Source: Klebsormidium nitens (Eukaryota; Plantae; Klebsormidiophyceae). Taken from it: a stretch of 41,983 nt of DNA. The notes below the pieces were generated by a model. That model ran no database searches. It was not told the origin of the DNA and saw only the letters and a list, made by a program, of their open reading frames with translations. Shown here piece by piece: positions 23,685 to 35,770 of the stretch (positions are counted from its first letter, which is position 1; the number at the start of each line of letters is the position of its first letter). The translations under genes were made by a program, and so were the position numbers. The stretch lies in NCBI GenBank assembly GCA_000708835.1, contig DF237654.1:1-41983 (forward strand), written 5' to 3'.

Positions 23685-24619
23685 TTGGAGCGACGTTAAC
23701 GATGTTGGATAAGCGGATAAGCGGAATAGGTTCAAAGATGTCAAATAACCAGAATGAGAATGAAAGGTCTTCAATGGATCGGATATGGACCGGTCACTGG
23801 GAGGCTGCAGTGCGCCGGTCTGGGCAATCTGCCGCGAACGCCTAACGGAACGGCCGGGCGGACGCGTACGGTATCCGGGATACCTCGGATTTGATCGAAC
23901 ACGTATTATAGTGGCCAGTCATTACATGCTGCGGCAATCGACAACGCACTGATGTTAAGGAATGTGCAATATCAGGATTGTTAATCAAGCATACGAATAC
24001 GGGCCGCCGTGCAGATCATGTGTGTATACGGTACCAGCGCGCCGGGCAGTGTCCGACGCGCACTCGCAATGATATTGCGTGGATTGTGAACATGACGCAA
24101 TCCGGCCGAAGCTATAGCTAGACAAGCAGTGACTCTGATCAAGAGCGACGGTCGACCGTGATCACGTCTTTAAGCACATGCCGAGCGGCCTACTGCTGCA
24201 CATGCAATGATGCGCGCAAGTGCAATGATATCATTCCAATACCAAGCCTGATCCTAAGAGATTCAGGGCCGGATCAGCCGCGCTGCGCAGACAAGCCCAA
24301 GAAACACCACTAAGACGGTTCGAACCAGAAGTACACGACTGGAATATAAAGCCGCTTCAACTATGAGGACACTAAAGCGCTAGCTATACATAGTCCGTCC
24401 ACAAGCACATGTCTTGCACATGCTTTAACTCTTGCTACCATCGAATCCGTTGCATGCGAACACCGGTTTAAACATGGCGTGAAAACACGAGAAATCAGAT
24501 ATCATCAGCCTGACAAGAATCGGACGGAAAACCAAATCAATGTTTCGCTCAAACTCCAAAGTTGCAGTACCCCAATCAGGGTTTGTCGAATAACCATGTA
24601 CGAGAGCTGAAGGCCTGCA

Positions 24620-27600
24620 TTAAGTTCCCCCTTGACTGTCCGCCCCAGTGGCTAACCGCCGGTTGAGGTATCGCACAACCGCATCCTCCACCCTGCAAAC
24701 AAAGCCCATGTGACGATTGAGAGACTGGGAGGATTCCCAGACCGTTAAACAAAACGATACGGATACTGCTGTTGGCTTGGATAACACATTGCGATTCGCT
24801 GAATATGCGCTGACGGCCTTCTGGACAGCATTCCCAAAGCTTGTCTGAAGTCCGCTCCGCTTTCCAGTCTCCCAAGAAGGGCAACGTAAACACACATTTC
24901 AAGGTATGAATCGACCGCTCTTCCCGCACAGAGCGTTTTCGCCGTTTGCTAGATTCGGAATCCGTGCGTTACCAGATCCAGAAGGCCGGAAAAGCTCAAC
25001 ACAACACATTCTTCGGCAGCCTTTCGACAGCACCCTCAGATGTGCGTGTTTATGTCCGACCGGCGCTCCCGCCAGACTCCGCCCGGTACTCAAACTTGGT
25101 ACAAAGTGTGCCCAATACAAAGTTTGCCCGGTCGCCAATTTGAAAACCCGTGCCTGTAACCCAGATCTGTATCACGAAAACCCGGAAAATTTTGTAGGCC
25201 CAGCATACACCAAACCCACGTGTACAAAACACCGCACTTCAACCTGAATCCCCTTCGAGAGCAGCGTTATGTCCCGCGGCTCCAGTCGCAACCACCACAG
25301 ATGCCTTGAAACACTAAAGTCCAAACCCCAGTACTTTGATTCTCCAGAACAAGCAAACTTCCAATCCTCCAAAAGTCGGCCCGTCCACCTGTTGGCGACC
25401 TTCAATTCATTGCAGACGCGTCTGCAATGCAACTACCCCAGGTGCCATGGCGTGCAGAGTGCGGAACCCCATTATACCGATAAATCTTTAACCAACAATT
25501 CATAACGACCTTAACCCACCAGGCCTGTGTGTAGAAGTCGGACCGCCGCTCCCGCTCCAGGCTCCGCCCCGTCTCCCCGTTCGCGAGCTTCAGATCCCGC
25601 GTCTGCGACGCGATCACGCCGTTGATGAAATCGACGGGCGAGTGGCTGAAGCCGAGGTAGAACGCGCGCCGCCGACGGTGCTCGTTGATCTTCCGAATCG
25701 CGGCCGCGATCGCGGAGTCTTGCGCATCGATGTCGCGGTGCTTCTCGAGGCTCGAGAGGAACGCGGCCATCTCGCGCTGGAGGGCCACCGGGGCGTCGAC
25801 CTATGATATGGAAGAAGAGCTTATGAATAAGGACCGGCCACGTATATTGATACTGCGAAAGTAGGGGCGTGAACTGCGAAATCCTACCTTCGATGTCGCG
25901 GTGCTTTTCGAGGCTCAAGAGGAACGCGGCCATCTTGCGCTGGTGAGCCACGGGGGCGTCCGCCTGGAATAAGGGGGGAGCGCTTATTGACAAGGAGTGG
26001 ATCCCTGCTGGGAGCTTACATGGATACGGCATGAGTGCTTGCTATGTTAACAGAGCACGAGGGCGTCTACAGGGACCGCTTATGATGAGGAGTGGGAACA
26101 TGCTGAGATGCCATCCCGATATACCCCCCAGGAATGAATGCCCTCGACAAAGCGTAACATCAAATGCTTACTGCATGTAAGAGGACCGTAACCGGACTGC
26201 AAAGGCACGAAGGTCGACCTTGACAACGAGGCGGTGCTCAACAGCATGGAAGTAGCGCCTTTGAGAGGGGCTAGCGGGGTTCGAAGATAAAAGCAGCGGC
26301 TTCACAGGGGCAAGAGCGTCCCACCAGGCGAAGACGGTGGGAAGCGAGTGTAAGCGCGAGCATTCTCGAGGCGAAAATTACAGCGTTTTAATCAGAGGTT
26401 TCGGCTATGAGTCGGGGGAAAAGAGCGGCAGCCTTGCATGGCAGAAGAATGGCGCTTCTAAACTTGGCGGGTGCGGTGGAAAAGAAATAGACCTTTGCTT
26501 ACTCTCCAGTAGTCCACTACCAAGAAGAAAGTGTTTCTCCTGACGCCTCACCGTGATGTCATAGCACACGTCAGCGGTCCGCTTCTGCCCCCCCAGCTTG
26601 ACCCGGTGCTCGATCACGATCGGCGGCGCGGGCGCGAGGTGCGGCGTCAGCTTCTGCGCGAGCCCCGCGAACTTGAGCTTCTCTTCGGGCCCGAAGAGCG
26701 CGCGCAGGGGCGCATCGGCGTTGATGCACGTCGGGTCCGATCCGTCCTGCAGCTTCTTCTCCTTGATGTACTGCGGGAGATATCGCAAAACGATTGGGAT
26801 TTTAGTTCGTGGGATAGGGTATGAAAGGCTCAGGGCGTCTTAAAAGACCCGGAGTGCGTGCGCATGAGTGCACCCCGTGTTGTACCGTATCCATGGTCCT
26901 GCATCTAGTTTAAAATGTACTGTAAGGAAGACTTGTTTCAAAAGCCGGGTGAACTTCCACTACTATTAGATCGTCGTCTCTTGACACCTCGTTTCTGAGC
27001 ATTAGAAGAGAAAGAGCGAATAGGCTGAGCTGCATCACCCCAACGGCGAAAAGGTAAAGGAATGAAGGGCGGGAATCAAACCTGAACAAGGGCAGGAAAA
27101 ATACTAGTGCCATGACTGGATCTGCCAGAGCGAATGCATATGGACGAAGGAAAGTGAGAGAAAGCCAAGCAAAGAGGAGAGACGAAAAGCAAAGTGAAGA
27201 GCCGCCGACCCGAAAGACGAAGAAAAAAGATGGAAGAAGAAAAGCGAAGTGGATTGAGGTGAAGCAAAGCGAAAGAAGAGAAAGAACATAGAAAAATTTG
27301 AAAATGCAAAATCAAAGAAGAGGAGAGGGGATACAGAAAACGTGTGCCGGAAGAGAAGCAACAAGGAAAGAGAGGCGCCGTAATCACCTGCCAGAGCGCA
27401 GCAATGATGCGTGGCCGCGTATCCACTTCGATCCCCACCAGGTTCGCGAGCCCCTCCGCAAGTTTGTACCGTTCCGGTACGTAGTTCATCTCGAGCGTGA
27501 TCTTAGCCACAAACTCCTGCGCCCCTCGCCGCTTCACCTCGAACGCGTCAGTGTCTCCGGCCGCCCGCGCGCCCTCCCACACGATCGTGTGCTCTTCCGG

Positions 27601-29180
27601 GTAGAGCTCTTTGTCGAGCTCGATGGTGATCTTTTTGAAGAAGGATGAGAATTTGGGGTCTTCGGTGCGTGGGAGTAATGAGGGGGTTTGTGGGTTTGGA
27701 GGGGTTTGCGGGGGTGCGAGGAGGCGGCCTGTGAGGTGAAGGGTCCATGAAGGAGGGTCCTACAGAGCAAAACGAGAACGCCTCACACTTCTTGATCAAA
27801 GACTGGGTCGTAACGGCACGTTTGGGATAGACACTTTTCTGGTTGCTCCCGGGAAGCCACATTCGTCTGGGAAGCGTGCTCAGATTTGTAAGGGGCGATC
27901 CGAGGTGAACCATTATCAAAATTAGGAGGGCCGTAACAGCAGTATACCTCGATGGACGAAAAAGCATCAGGTTGGTGTTTCTTGCGAATCCCCCAGAAGA
28001 CAGCATGACTTCCGCAACCGTCTTAGATTGGTGGTCCCATCAAAAAGGAAGGAGAACCGCTTAGTCCCTCCTTGCATCTGGTTATGTACCTCAAGAAAGA
28101 AAAAGAGGGCCGCATAATTGCAAGAGGACTGACTTAACATAATCAAACGCACTGATCTGCTCGTTGTTCAAACAACCAATATTCAGTGCACCTGCTTTGT
28201 GCTAAACAGAGGCCTCCATTTTACCTTTGAATTTACAACGGAGGAACAGAACGACGTCCATAAGATGCCAACACACTGAGTTGGGAACCGCAGTCCCAAG
28301 AGAAGCAAAGCGAGGAACAAACAACAGCGCATAGGACCAATTTACCACACTAGTTTCCTTTTGGTGGGGCTGAAAGACAGCAAATATGACCAGATTGCCA
28401 TACCATCTTCGCCGCGGCTTTCTTTCGCCCCCCCGCCGGCTGGTCCGCGCTTGTGTTGAACACGTACACGCGCAGCGTCCGCGCCGTCCGCTGCGGGATC
28501 TTCAGCGCCTCCTGGATGTCCAGCTTCTTCCGCGCGATCGTCGCGTCGACCCGCTTCTCTAGTTCCAACAGCTGCGAGTACAGCCGGCTCTCCGGAACGA
28601 ACGCCGCGATCCGCTCCGGGATCTGCTTCTCGGCCGCCTTCTTCTTCTTCCGCTTGGCTGCCGGCAGCGCTTCTGCTGTCTTAACCACGGTGATCCCGCT
28701 TCCTAACCCGGGCCGCCCCCGCTTCTTTCCAGTCGCTGGTCCGGTTTGTGGGGTAGAGAATCTGCTCGGAGTGCCTCCCACTACCCCCGGTCGGAGCGCC
28801 GGAGTGCCGAGAGGGCTTGCAGTTGCAGGGGGCCGGATGGGGAGGCCGGAGGGCGGGGTGGGGCGGGGGGGGAGGCCTGGGGTGGGGGTGCGCTGGTTTG
28901 GGGTTAATCCACGCAGGTTAGCGGATGCCGAGAGCCCCGGCAAGCGATCAGTGGACGGCGTGACAGTGGAAAAGGGGGGTGTCACTAACCCGGGCGCTAA
29001 CCCAGGCGCTATGCCTCCTAGAACGGGGGTGCTGGGATGCCCGGGGGTGGATCCTGAGGTGAAACCGGGGAATGGGATGGGGGACACGCGGCCTGAGGCG
29101 TCTGGTGTCAGCTGATTGTGAGAAACAGAGCCGGGGTTGCCGAAGGCAGGGGTCCCCATTTGACCTGGATTGGACGCCAT
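24620..29180 (-). CDS. SWP73: SWI/SNF chromatin-remodelling subunit BAF60/SWP73 (SWIB/MDM2 domain), ~573 aa
   Basis: Exons 29180-28404, 27759-27388, 26770-26552, 25800-25520 and 24692-24620 are phase-compatible. Recognisable family motifs: RTLRVYVFNT, PSWTL, PKFSSFFKKITIELD, LEMNYVPERYKL, TRPRIIAALWQY, KINEHRRRRAFYLGFSHSPVDFIN, ERERRSDFYTQAWVEDAVVRYLNRR. The exact start codon is less certain. Confidence 0.95.
25888..25963 (-). pseudogene. 76-nt intronic pseudo-exon duplicating the 5' part of BAF60 exon 4
   Basis: Minus strand TTCCAG|GCGGACGCCCCC...CGACATCGAAG|GTAGGA encodes ADAPVAHQRKMAAFLLSLEKHRDIE, versus VDAPVALQREMAAFLSSLEKHRDID in the real exon. Confidence 0.85.
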
Positions 29181-31173
29181 TAGCAACCGTTTCTCGTAAT
29201 CCTGCTACAAGGAGATTATCGGGGCAGGAGGGCCAAGGTGTTCAAAACCTTGATGCTGGCATCAGCGAGCCTAAAATCTCTCAATCTTGCTGGATGAAGG
29301 ATCTCCCACGACCATTCTTGTGTCAGCTTCTTCTTTAAGACAGAGTAGCTACAGGAGGTGCGGGGGGAGCGGTGACATCTAATCCATCAACTGAAAGGCT
29401 CAGATGACTTCCTGGCAGGAAGACTGTCAGTCTAGACCAGCTTGTGAAGTCTTTGAGCGTCCCTGAGCGCCATGTTCGAGAGCACTAGCTAGTAGGTAGC
29501 TTGGTCTTGAAGCTGAACTTGAAGTTGGAGACGATCGTGCACTTCAGAATGTTTGGAAATTGAATCAGAGAATGAAGGGCGCCCAAAATTTTGGAAAATC
29601 CACAAATTTCTGTCCACCTCATGACGCCTCCTTCGATGGGACCTGACACCGGCATCGAGTTTTAGCAGCGGAAACGCTGTCAGGTTGGGAAAAACGGCAA
29701 ATTTTCCAATAACCGGCACTTTGCACGGGCCATTCCGTTGAGGAATGCGGTTCAAATTTCGAAAATTTGTTGTTGCTCTTTCTATACAGTAGATTTAATG
29801 GATCTCGTTCGCCACTGACACAGCATCCATCAAGCCTTGCTTGCGGCTTGCCTGACAGCTAGAGAGATACTAGGTACTACAAAGGTACCTACTCAAATCT
29901 TACGAATGGATAAGAGGCGCCTCTTTGACGTTCATGCCCCTATTTAACTATCACGCCCCCAGCTCATTTGACAAGTACGACGCTCATCCGCTTTTGAAAT
30001 GTACTTCCAAGTCTGGCCTAAACTTGTCCATAGGTACCACGGGTGGATAAAGAAGCAGAACGGGACCCAAACTTCTTGAGGCCTTGGACCTCTAGCTCGG
30101 TCAGGTTCTTCTTTTTTAGATCGGAGAATAAGTGCTATGTTGAGGGCTGAAGGGGCAGCTCTTGAAAATCGAAGAGCAGTAGGACGGACAGCTCAATGGA
30201 GTCACAGCAGTCTGCGATAGAGAGGACATGTACTTCTTTAGATGCAAGCAAGCTCTTTGCAGATGAGGAACATTTGGGAACACGACTCGCTGAGCACAGC
30301 TTGTGCTGGATGCCATTCATAGGAGCAAGACAGCAGAGGCCCAGCGGGAGTTGGTTCTGAACGCCTGCTCCAAACGCTGTAAGCAGCTGCAATCCTCTGC
30401 CAGGCAGCCGACAGGGGGAGCTGAATGGGGGGCTGCCAGCGTTGCTGAAATGCAAGCGTTGCTGAAGAAGTTGAAGGTGAGTAACTGCATTCTCAATCCG
30501 AATCATGCTTTTTCATTGTGGAACGTGAAAGTAAGTGCAGCCTAGGGCCATAGTGCATATATCAGAGAAGCTTCACTTATCCAATCAGAGGGCAGGAGAT
30601 GAGCGTTTCCCAGCAACATTCAATCGCTCTCCAGGGTCAAGCCCCAGACTTGTTCAAGCAACACAGTGGGGTGCTTAGAATCACTCTCGCACGGTCACCG
30701 CCAACTTCGGCATGTCTATCATCACAATGAGCTGTCTGGCCGGTGCAAAACGAAATCGACGATGTGATTGAGGGTGATGCTAGCTTCATGACTGCAGAAC
30801 GCCTGTTGAAAGGTCCGTCTTTGTACAACGTTATGCAATGTCAACGGGAAGTATCTGGAAGCTTCTGACCTTTGAAAATCCAGGATTTTGCGGCTGGCCT
30901 TCGCAAGGATCTCAATCCTGTTTCTACGCCTCTCCTGGAAGAAAGATGCCAAAATCTTAGGCAACGTCCTTCTTGGCAACTGAGGATGTTAGCTGCCAAC
31001 CAAGTTCACATTGAGACGGCCATGAGTGGCAAGCTATTGTTGCTGATTCTCGAAGCTCTGCCTGAGTCCAGGATCATTCACCAAAAAGGGATCACGGCAA
31101 GAGACGACAGGGACAGAGATGAAGAAGTAGCGGTCCTTGTTTCCTTGCTTTCGGCTCTTTGGTTGCTGCAGAC

Positions 31174-33211
31174 TCAGGTCAGTAATGAAGACTTTCCTTG
31201 AAATGGAAAGAAGAGAAACGACGATGCGCTCAAGCTTTGTCGCCGCCATCTCCTGCAGCCTATTGTCCTGGGCATCGCTCTCGGCTCCGGTCTGGCGTCA
31301 CTTCTCAGATGGAGTAGCCTGCAGAGGGATCCCCCAAGCGGAGTAGGACAACCGGGGGCGCGCAGCTTCACGATCGATGTCCAGAATGAGGGCAAGCTCG
31401 TGCTGCCAGCTGTCGAACCCAGTGAGCCAACCCGAGGTCCTACAAACGAATAATGTTACCTTTGGAAGCGTTCCTTCGAAGCTCAAGGGCTTGTCTGCAT
31501 ATAGTGGGGGTGGATACAGGGACTTGTCTTGAGCTGCTAAGGCCAATGACAACACTGATCTGATTGTCACGGGTCTTCATGGCAATTTTGTGAGATTTTC
31601 AAATCGCGAACTTGCGTTGGCAACCGAACAGGCATGTTTGATGCCTACTTTGAGATACCACGGAAAGAGACGCTAAGTCTGCTTGGAAGAGTTGATCTAT
31701 GTTTGAAGACGTCTGGTTGAGAGGGTGACCAAACGGAAGCGGGCGTCTCATCATCGATCACTTGTGACGCTGTTGCATCAGGCCCCTGAGAATCCCTACG
31801 ACTGTCGGAAGTAAAAGGAGAATTCATTTTAGCAATGAATAAGAAAGAGAAAGAAGAACTGGGAGTCAAGGAAAGCAGCCCAAGCCGTAGGCACTTGCTC
31901 AAGTAGCGCAGACTCCTTCTTTCTTCAGCCACCCACTTCGTCTAACGGCCCACCCGTCTCCCCTTCCGAACGCATGCCGTTACAATTCCTTCTGCAGCCC
32001 GACGATTTTCTCGTCGTTACCTTCCGGCCGGACGCGGGATCAAGGCATCGGGCGGCCCCTACGGTGCGGCAGGCGACAGCGCTGCTCAACTTCATGCGGC
32101 CCCGCAATGGCTGAGTTGACCGCCAACCCGACCGCGCTGCTTCTGAGGATCTTCGGCGCACGGCTGAGGTGGGGTGGCTCTCAACCGTCTTCGGCTCACT
32201 TACAACGTTAGTTTCTTGAGAGTCCACTGAACGGCTGTTAGGCAGGAGCCGCAGAAACAGTGGATCCTACTACAATTCGAGCCCCTTGTGGCACAAAGTT
32301 CTCAAATTCTGGGCGCCGGGCTTCAAGATGGGGATCATGTCTGCTCCTCTCACGCGATCATCTGACTGACGTCAGTCGTTTTAGGCCCGGCTTGGCAGTA
32401 TCGTACCCACGGTCGGCTTTGAAGTTCGTCCGACGGCGGGTGTGAAAGCCCAGTGAAGGGGTTCTCAAGATCAGATCTTATGGAATCGTATCCGCAATCG
32501 CAGGGCTGCGATCTTCCGTGCTTGCGTCGTCTGCAAAACACGTCAGCCGGGTCACGTGGTCACGTCAGCTGCTCTTCGCCGATGAATTTCTCGATGTTTT
32601 TCGCAGGCGGCTGTCCAAAGATCGAAGTGCTTTATGGGTGAAAGATGGTGTTCTTCCGTCAGTAACTTCTAGTCGAGTCTCGGCACTTTCTGTGTGTACA
32701 GAACAAGTTCTAATGGGGCCTCCTGTTGCGACGGCACTAACTCTGGATACTGACGTCACTCTGCTTTCAACACAGATTAGGTTGGCATCGAAGAACTCAG
32801 AAGCCGCATACCCTGAAGGCTAAGACGTATCCGTTGTCATATAAAATCTCGCACGGCATCTCGTTTATTTTGATGAAAGTCGCCTGTAGGGTGACATCAC
32901 CGCAGTTCCAATAGGGATCCCGCTTAGCTTTTGAAACGTGGCCAAATCTCTTGACCCTACTTCGTCAACAAGGGGCGTAATCAGACAAGTTTCGCATCAG
33001 TTTTCTTGACCGTCAACAAGTGGCTCAATCAGACTCTATACCGCATCACGCATCCATAAGCAGAACTTCGACGGGTCCCCTTGTACAGGCGGGGTGCGGC
33101 GGCAAACCCTCGCGTCGGCTCCGACGACTGCCCATTCCCTTATGTGAACGATTCCGCAGCGGGGGAAGCGAGAGGTAAAGGAACCCGGATTCAACTCCCT
33201 TTCTTTCTTAC
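31174..33211 (-). other. Possible degenerate or lineage-specific spliced transcript
   Basis: Minus-strand splice-like signals: GTAAGA donor at 33211; CTAAT/CTAAC branch plus CAG acceptors at 32761 and 32227; further acceptor/donor-like sites near 31805, 31660 and 31441. No single long frame or recognisable domain could be assembled. Confidence 0.25.
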
Positions 33212-35770
33212 CTGAAGTCAAGAATTCATCAATGAGTGGGCAGGGCGGTCATTGGCGTGATCATGAAACACTCGAAAGGGAGTACACCTCAAGCGAGATC
33301 ATCCGGATTGCAAACTGGCTGTGAACGGACACTCCTTTTGCGGACCCTCTTTTCCACCTCCTCTTTGGCTGACGGAAAGTGCTTTCTTTCTTTCTCTGTT
33401 CTTGTGTGGCTTTAGAAAGCTCATTTTGACAGCTCACTGCGGCGTCCGTTCAGTCCAGGCAGCTGTCGCAAACCACTCCGTTTTGCTTCCGCTTGACTTG
33501 GGTGTCTGTGAAGGAACGAAACGGGGCTCTCGTAGGATTGTTGGTGGCTTATAGTCCTTCGGATTTGGCGAAGTCTTGCTGACTGAGCGGCATTCCAGAT
33601 GGTGAAGGGTTCAAACCCTCGGATTGAATCAAGTGATATAAAGTCGAGCTGTGGTGTTGACCCGTCCGATCAGAAACCAGGTCAGGGGACCGAGGTGTCG
33701 GTGACAGTCAGGAGGTCCTGCGTATTAATTGTCCGACCTGCCAGTCTGAGTGCACGCTATCTCGTCTCACTGAGTTAGGAACTTAGCAAGTGGGGTCCCC
33801 CGCGGACGTCCAAGAAAACGGCCCGCCGCTTGAGGTGCTCCAATGGTCCGATCCCGTCGGTATTTCGGACAGTAATCATATGGTATGGGACATAATGGGA
33901 GTCGGCCGGGACCGGTCACCGTTTGGCGTCTCCTCCGGCTTAAAACCGTCCGTGCTAGGAATGACGACACCCCTGGAAATCCTCGCTCGATCAGTGTTGG
34001 GACGGATGACGACATAGACTTCTATCATTTGATCGCTCAAGCACACGCGGGGGCCGGCCGCCAGCCATAGATTTGAATCAACTCAAGAAAGGCCTAAATA
34101 ATAATTTAATACAAGATAACAGGTAATACTGGGTAATACGCCCCGGCCCCCGACTAGGAGAATCCTAACCTAAGAAAGTAGGTACCTGCTCTCTTTCCCA
34201 GCTATCCACCCTAACCTTCCCGCGGTCCCACTAACCCAACCACCTGTTAACATTACCGTATCCGACGTATTTCATATAGGTATTAAATAGGTACCTACAT
34301 GTTTTCTGTGTTTCGATCCGCCAGCCTGGGCCTGCCTGGGCCTCAGGCTGGGCCGTTAAAAACGACCATGACCCGGTACCTACATGACTACCTATCGTCT
34401 AGGTACCTACCTATACGGTAGGCGGCCAGCCGGGTCGAGCCTCCGGACTCCGGCCTCCGTCGGAATCGACCCCCTACCTCGCCCTCGTATATGTTCACAT
34501 CTAAGACAATATTGTCGACACATGCAAAAGATTCCTTTCCAGGCTGGGCAGTGGGGCCACGGGACTACCTAGGTACTCAGGACTTGTCGACATTTATAAA
34601 TCTCAGCACCTCCCCGTCATCTTATGCCACGTCCGTGCTACAGAGATTATATCTCCAAGAACCTCGGCAGGTGTACCCAGTTGCTTTTGCCTTTCGCCTC
34701 AGTTTGAACTCAGCAATGACCGCCACCAGAGACCCATGGACAGCTGTACTGAAAGCTGATCAGATTTGCAAAACAGTAGCAGCTCAGCCAACGGTGTAAC
34801 ACAACCACGTAGATGAGGTGTGTCTCGTGTGGTTGACACCTAATCCTAGCTACCGGAGGGCCAACGGGCCCAGCGTTTCCATCATCCATCTTTCGTTCTA
34901 TGGTGTTCACATCCTGATTCGTAGTGTTCACATCCTTCGTCGCTTTGACACATGTCCGCTTCTCGACGGTTGTAGGGGAAGTAGTGGCCTTCCCCATTCG
35001 CCCCACATCACTCTCTCGGCCAGCTTGCTAAAAAGATTCCTCAAAAGATTCCCACGATGTCGCAATGTAAGCAATCAGCTCCGCTTGCGTCGAGCCCAGC
35101 AGAGTGTGCGTTCTTTACTTTCTCATGTTTTAGGAGAGTGCATAAGGCACATGTTACCAGTTACCTTTGCGGCAGGTTCTGCTTGAGGAGAGAGCTGACG
35201 GTGACCTTCGTCCAGCGTATCTGCTCGCGTTGGGGGCGCCCTCGCTGCCGCTGCAAACGCTGGGAAGGTGAGTCATCACGGTGCATTGAGCAGGGTGTAT
35301 TGAATAGGGCATTGCTTGCGCCGCTTTTTTGGAGCTTGTCATGTCGCACTCGCAGCTCGGGAAGGGCTCAGTGAAGCCAGTTCGTTAGCCAGGGACGGCG
35401 CAAGAATTCTAGTGCGAGAACTCCTCTTTGAAGCTCTTACTGAAGCTGATCGGTTGCGGTTCATTTCGGATCTCTTTCACAACTTGTGACCACTGGAAAG
35501 CAGTAGCTTGTACTGCGCAGATCTTCTTTGCAGTCTTACAGCGAACTTTTGTGTAGAAGAAGGGTTCGGAGCTGGCTGATTGTGAATTTGGCTTCACTGG
35601 ACCTACTGTTCGTGCTGCGCGATGCTTCTAACCAATCTGCGCTGCAGACAACAGTTCTATGCTTGTGCCTTTATATGTAACGGGAACTTTTCCTAGTGCC
35701 ATCAGCTTATGATCTTCTCTCCTGTCTTATGCAGGCACAGTCCTCGCTTGCATCGCCCCCCACGGTCACG

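Noticed and set aside
20900-23700. Many overlapping GC-rich ORFs on both strands
   Set aside because: They are alternative-frame or antisense shadows of the GC-rich exons of the large plus-strand gene.
24960-25200. AAAACCCGGAAAA and GGCCGGAAAA motifs resembling the CACTG element's ends, inside a BAF60 intron
   Set aside because: No CACTG terminus, paired inverted repeat or target-site duplication was found.
29549-29775. Possible small MITE upstream of BAF60
   Set aside because: The putative termini match at only about 13/17 in AT-rich sequence, with no target-site duplication.
30196-30476. Plus-strand coding-like fragment ending at a GTGAGT donor
   Set aside because: It needs a frameshift to join, has no recognisable homology, and no partner exons could be linked.
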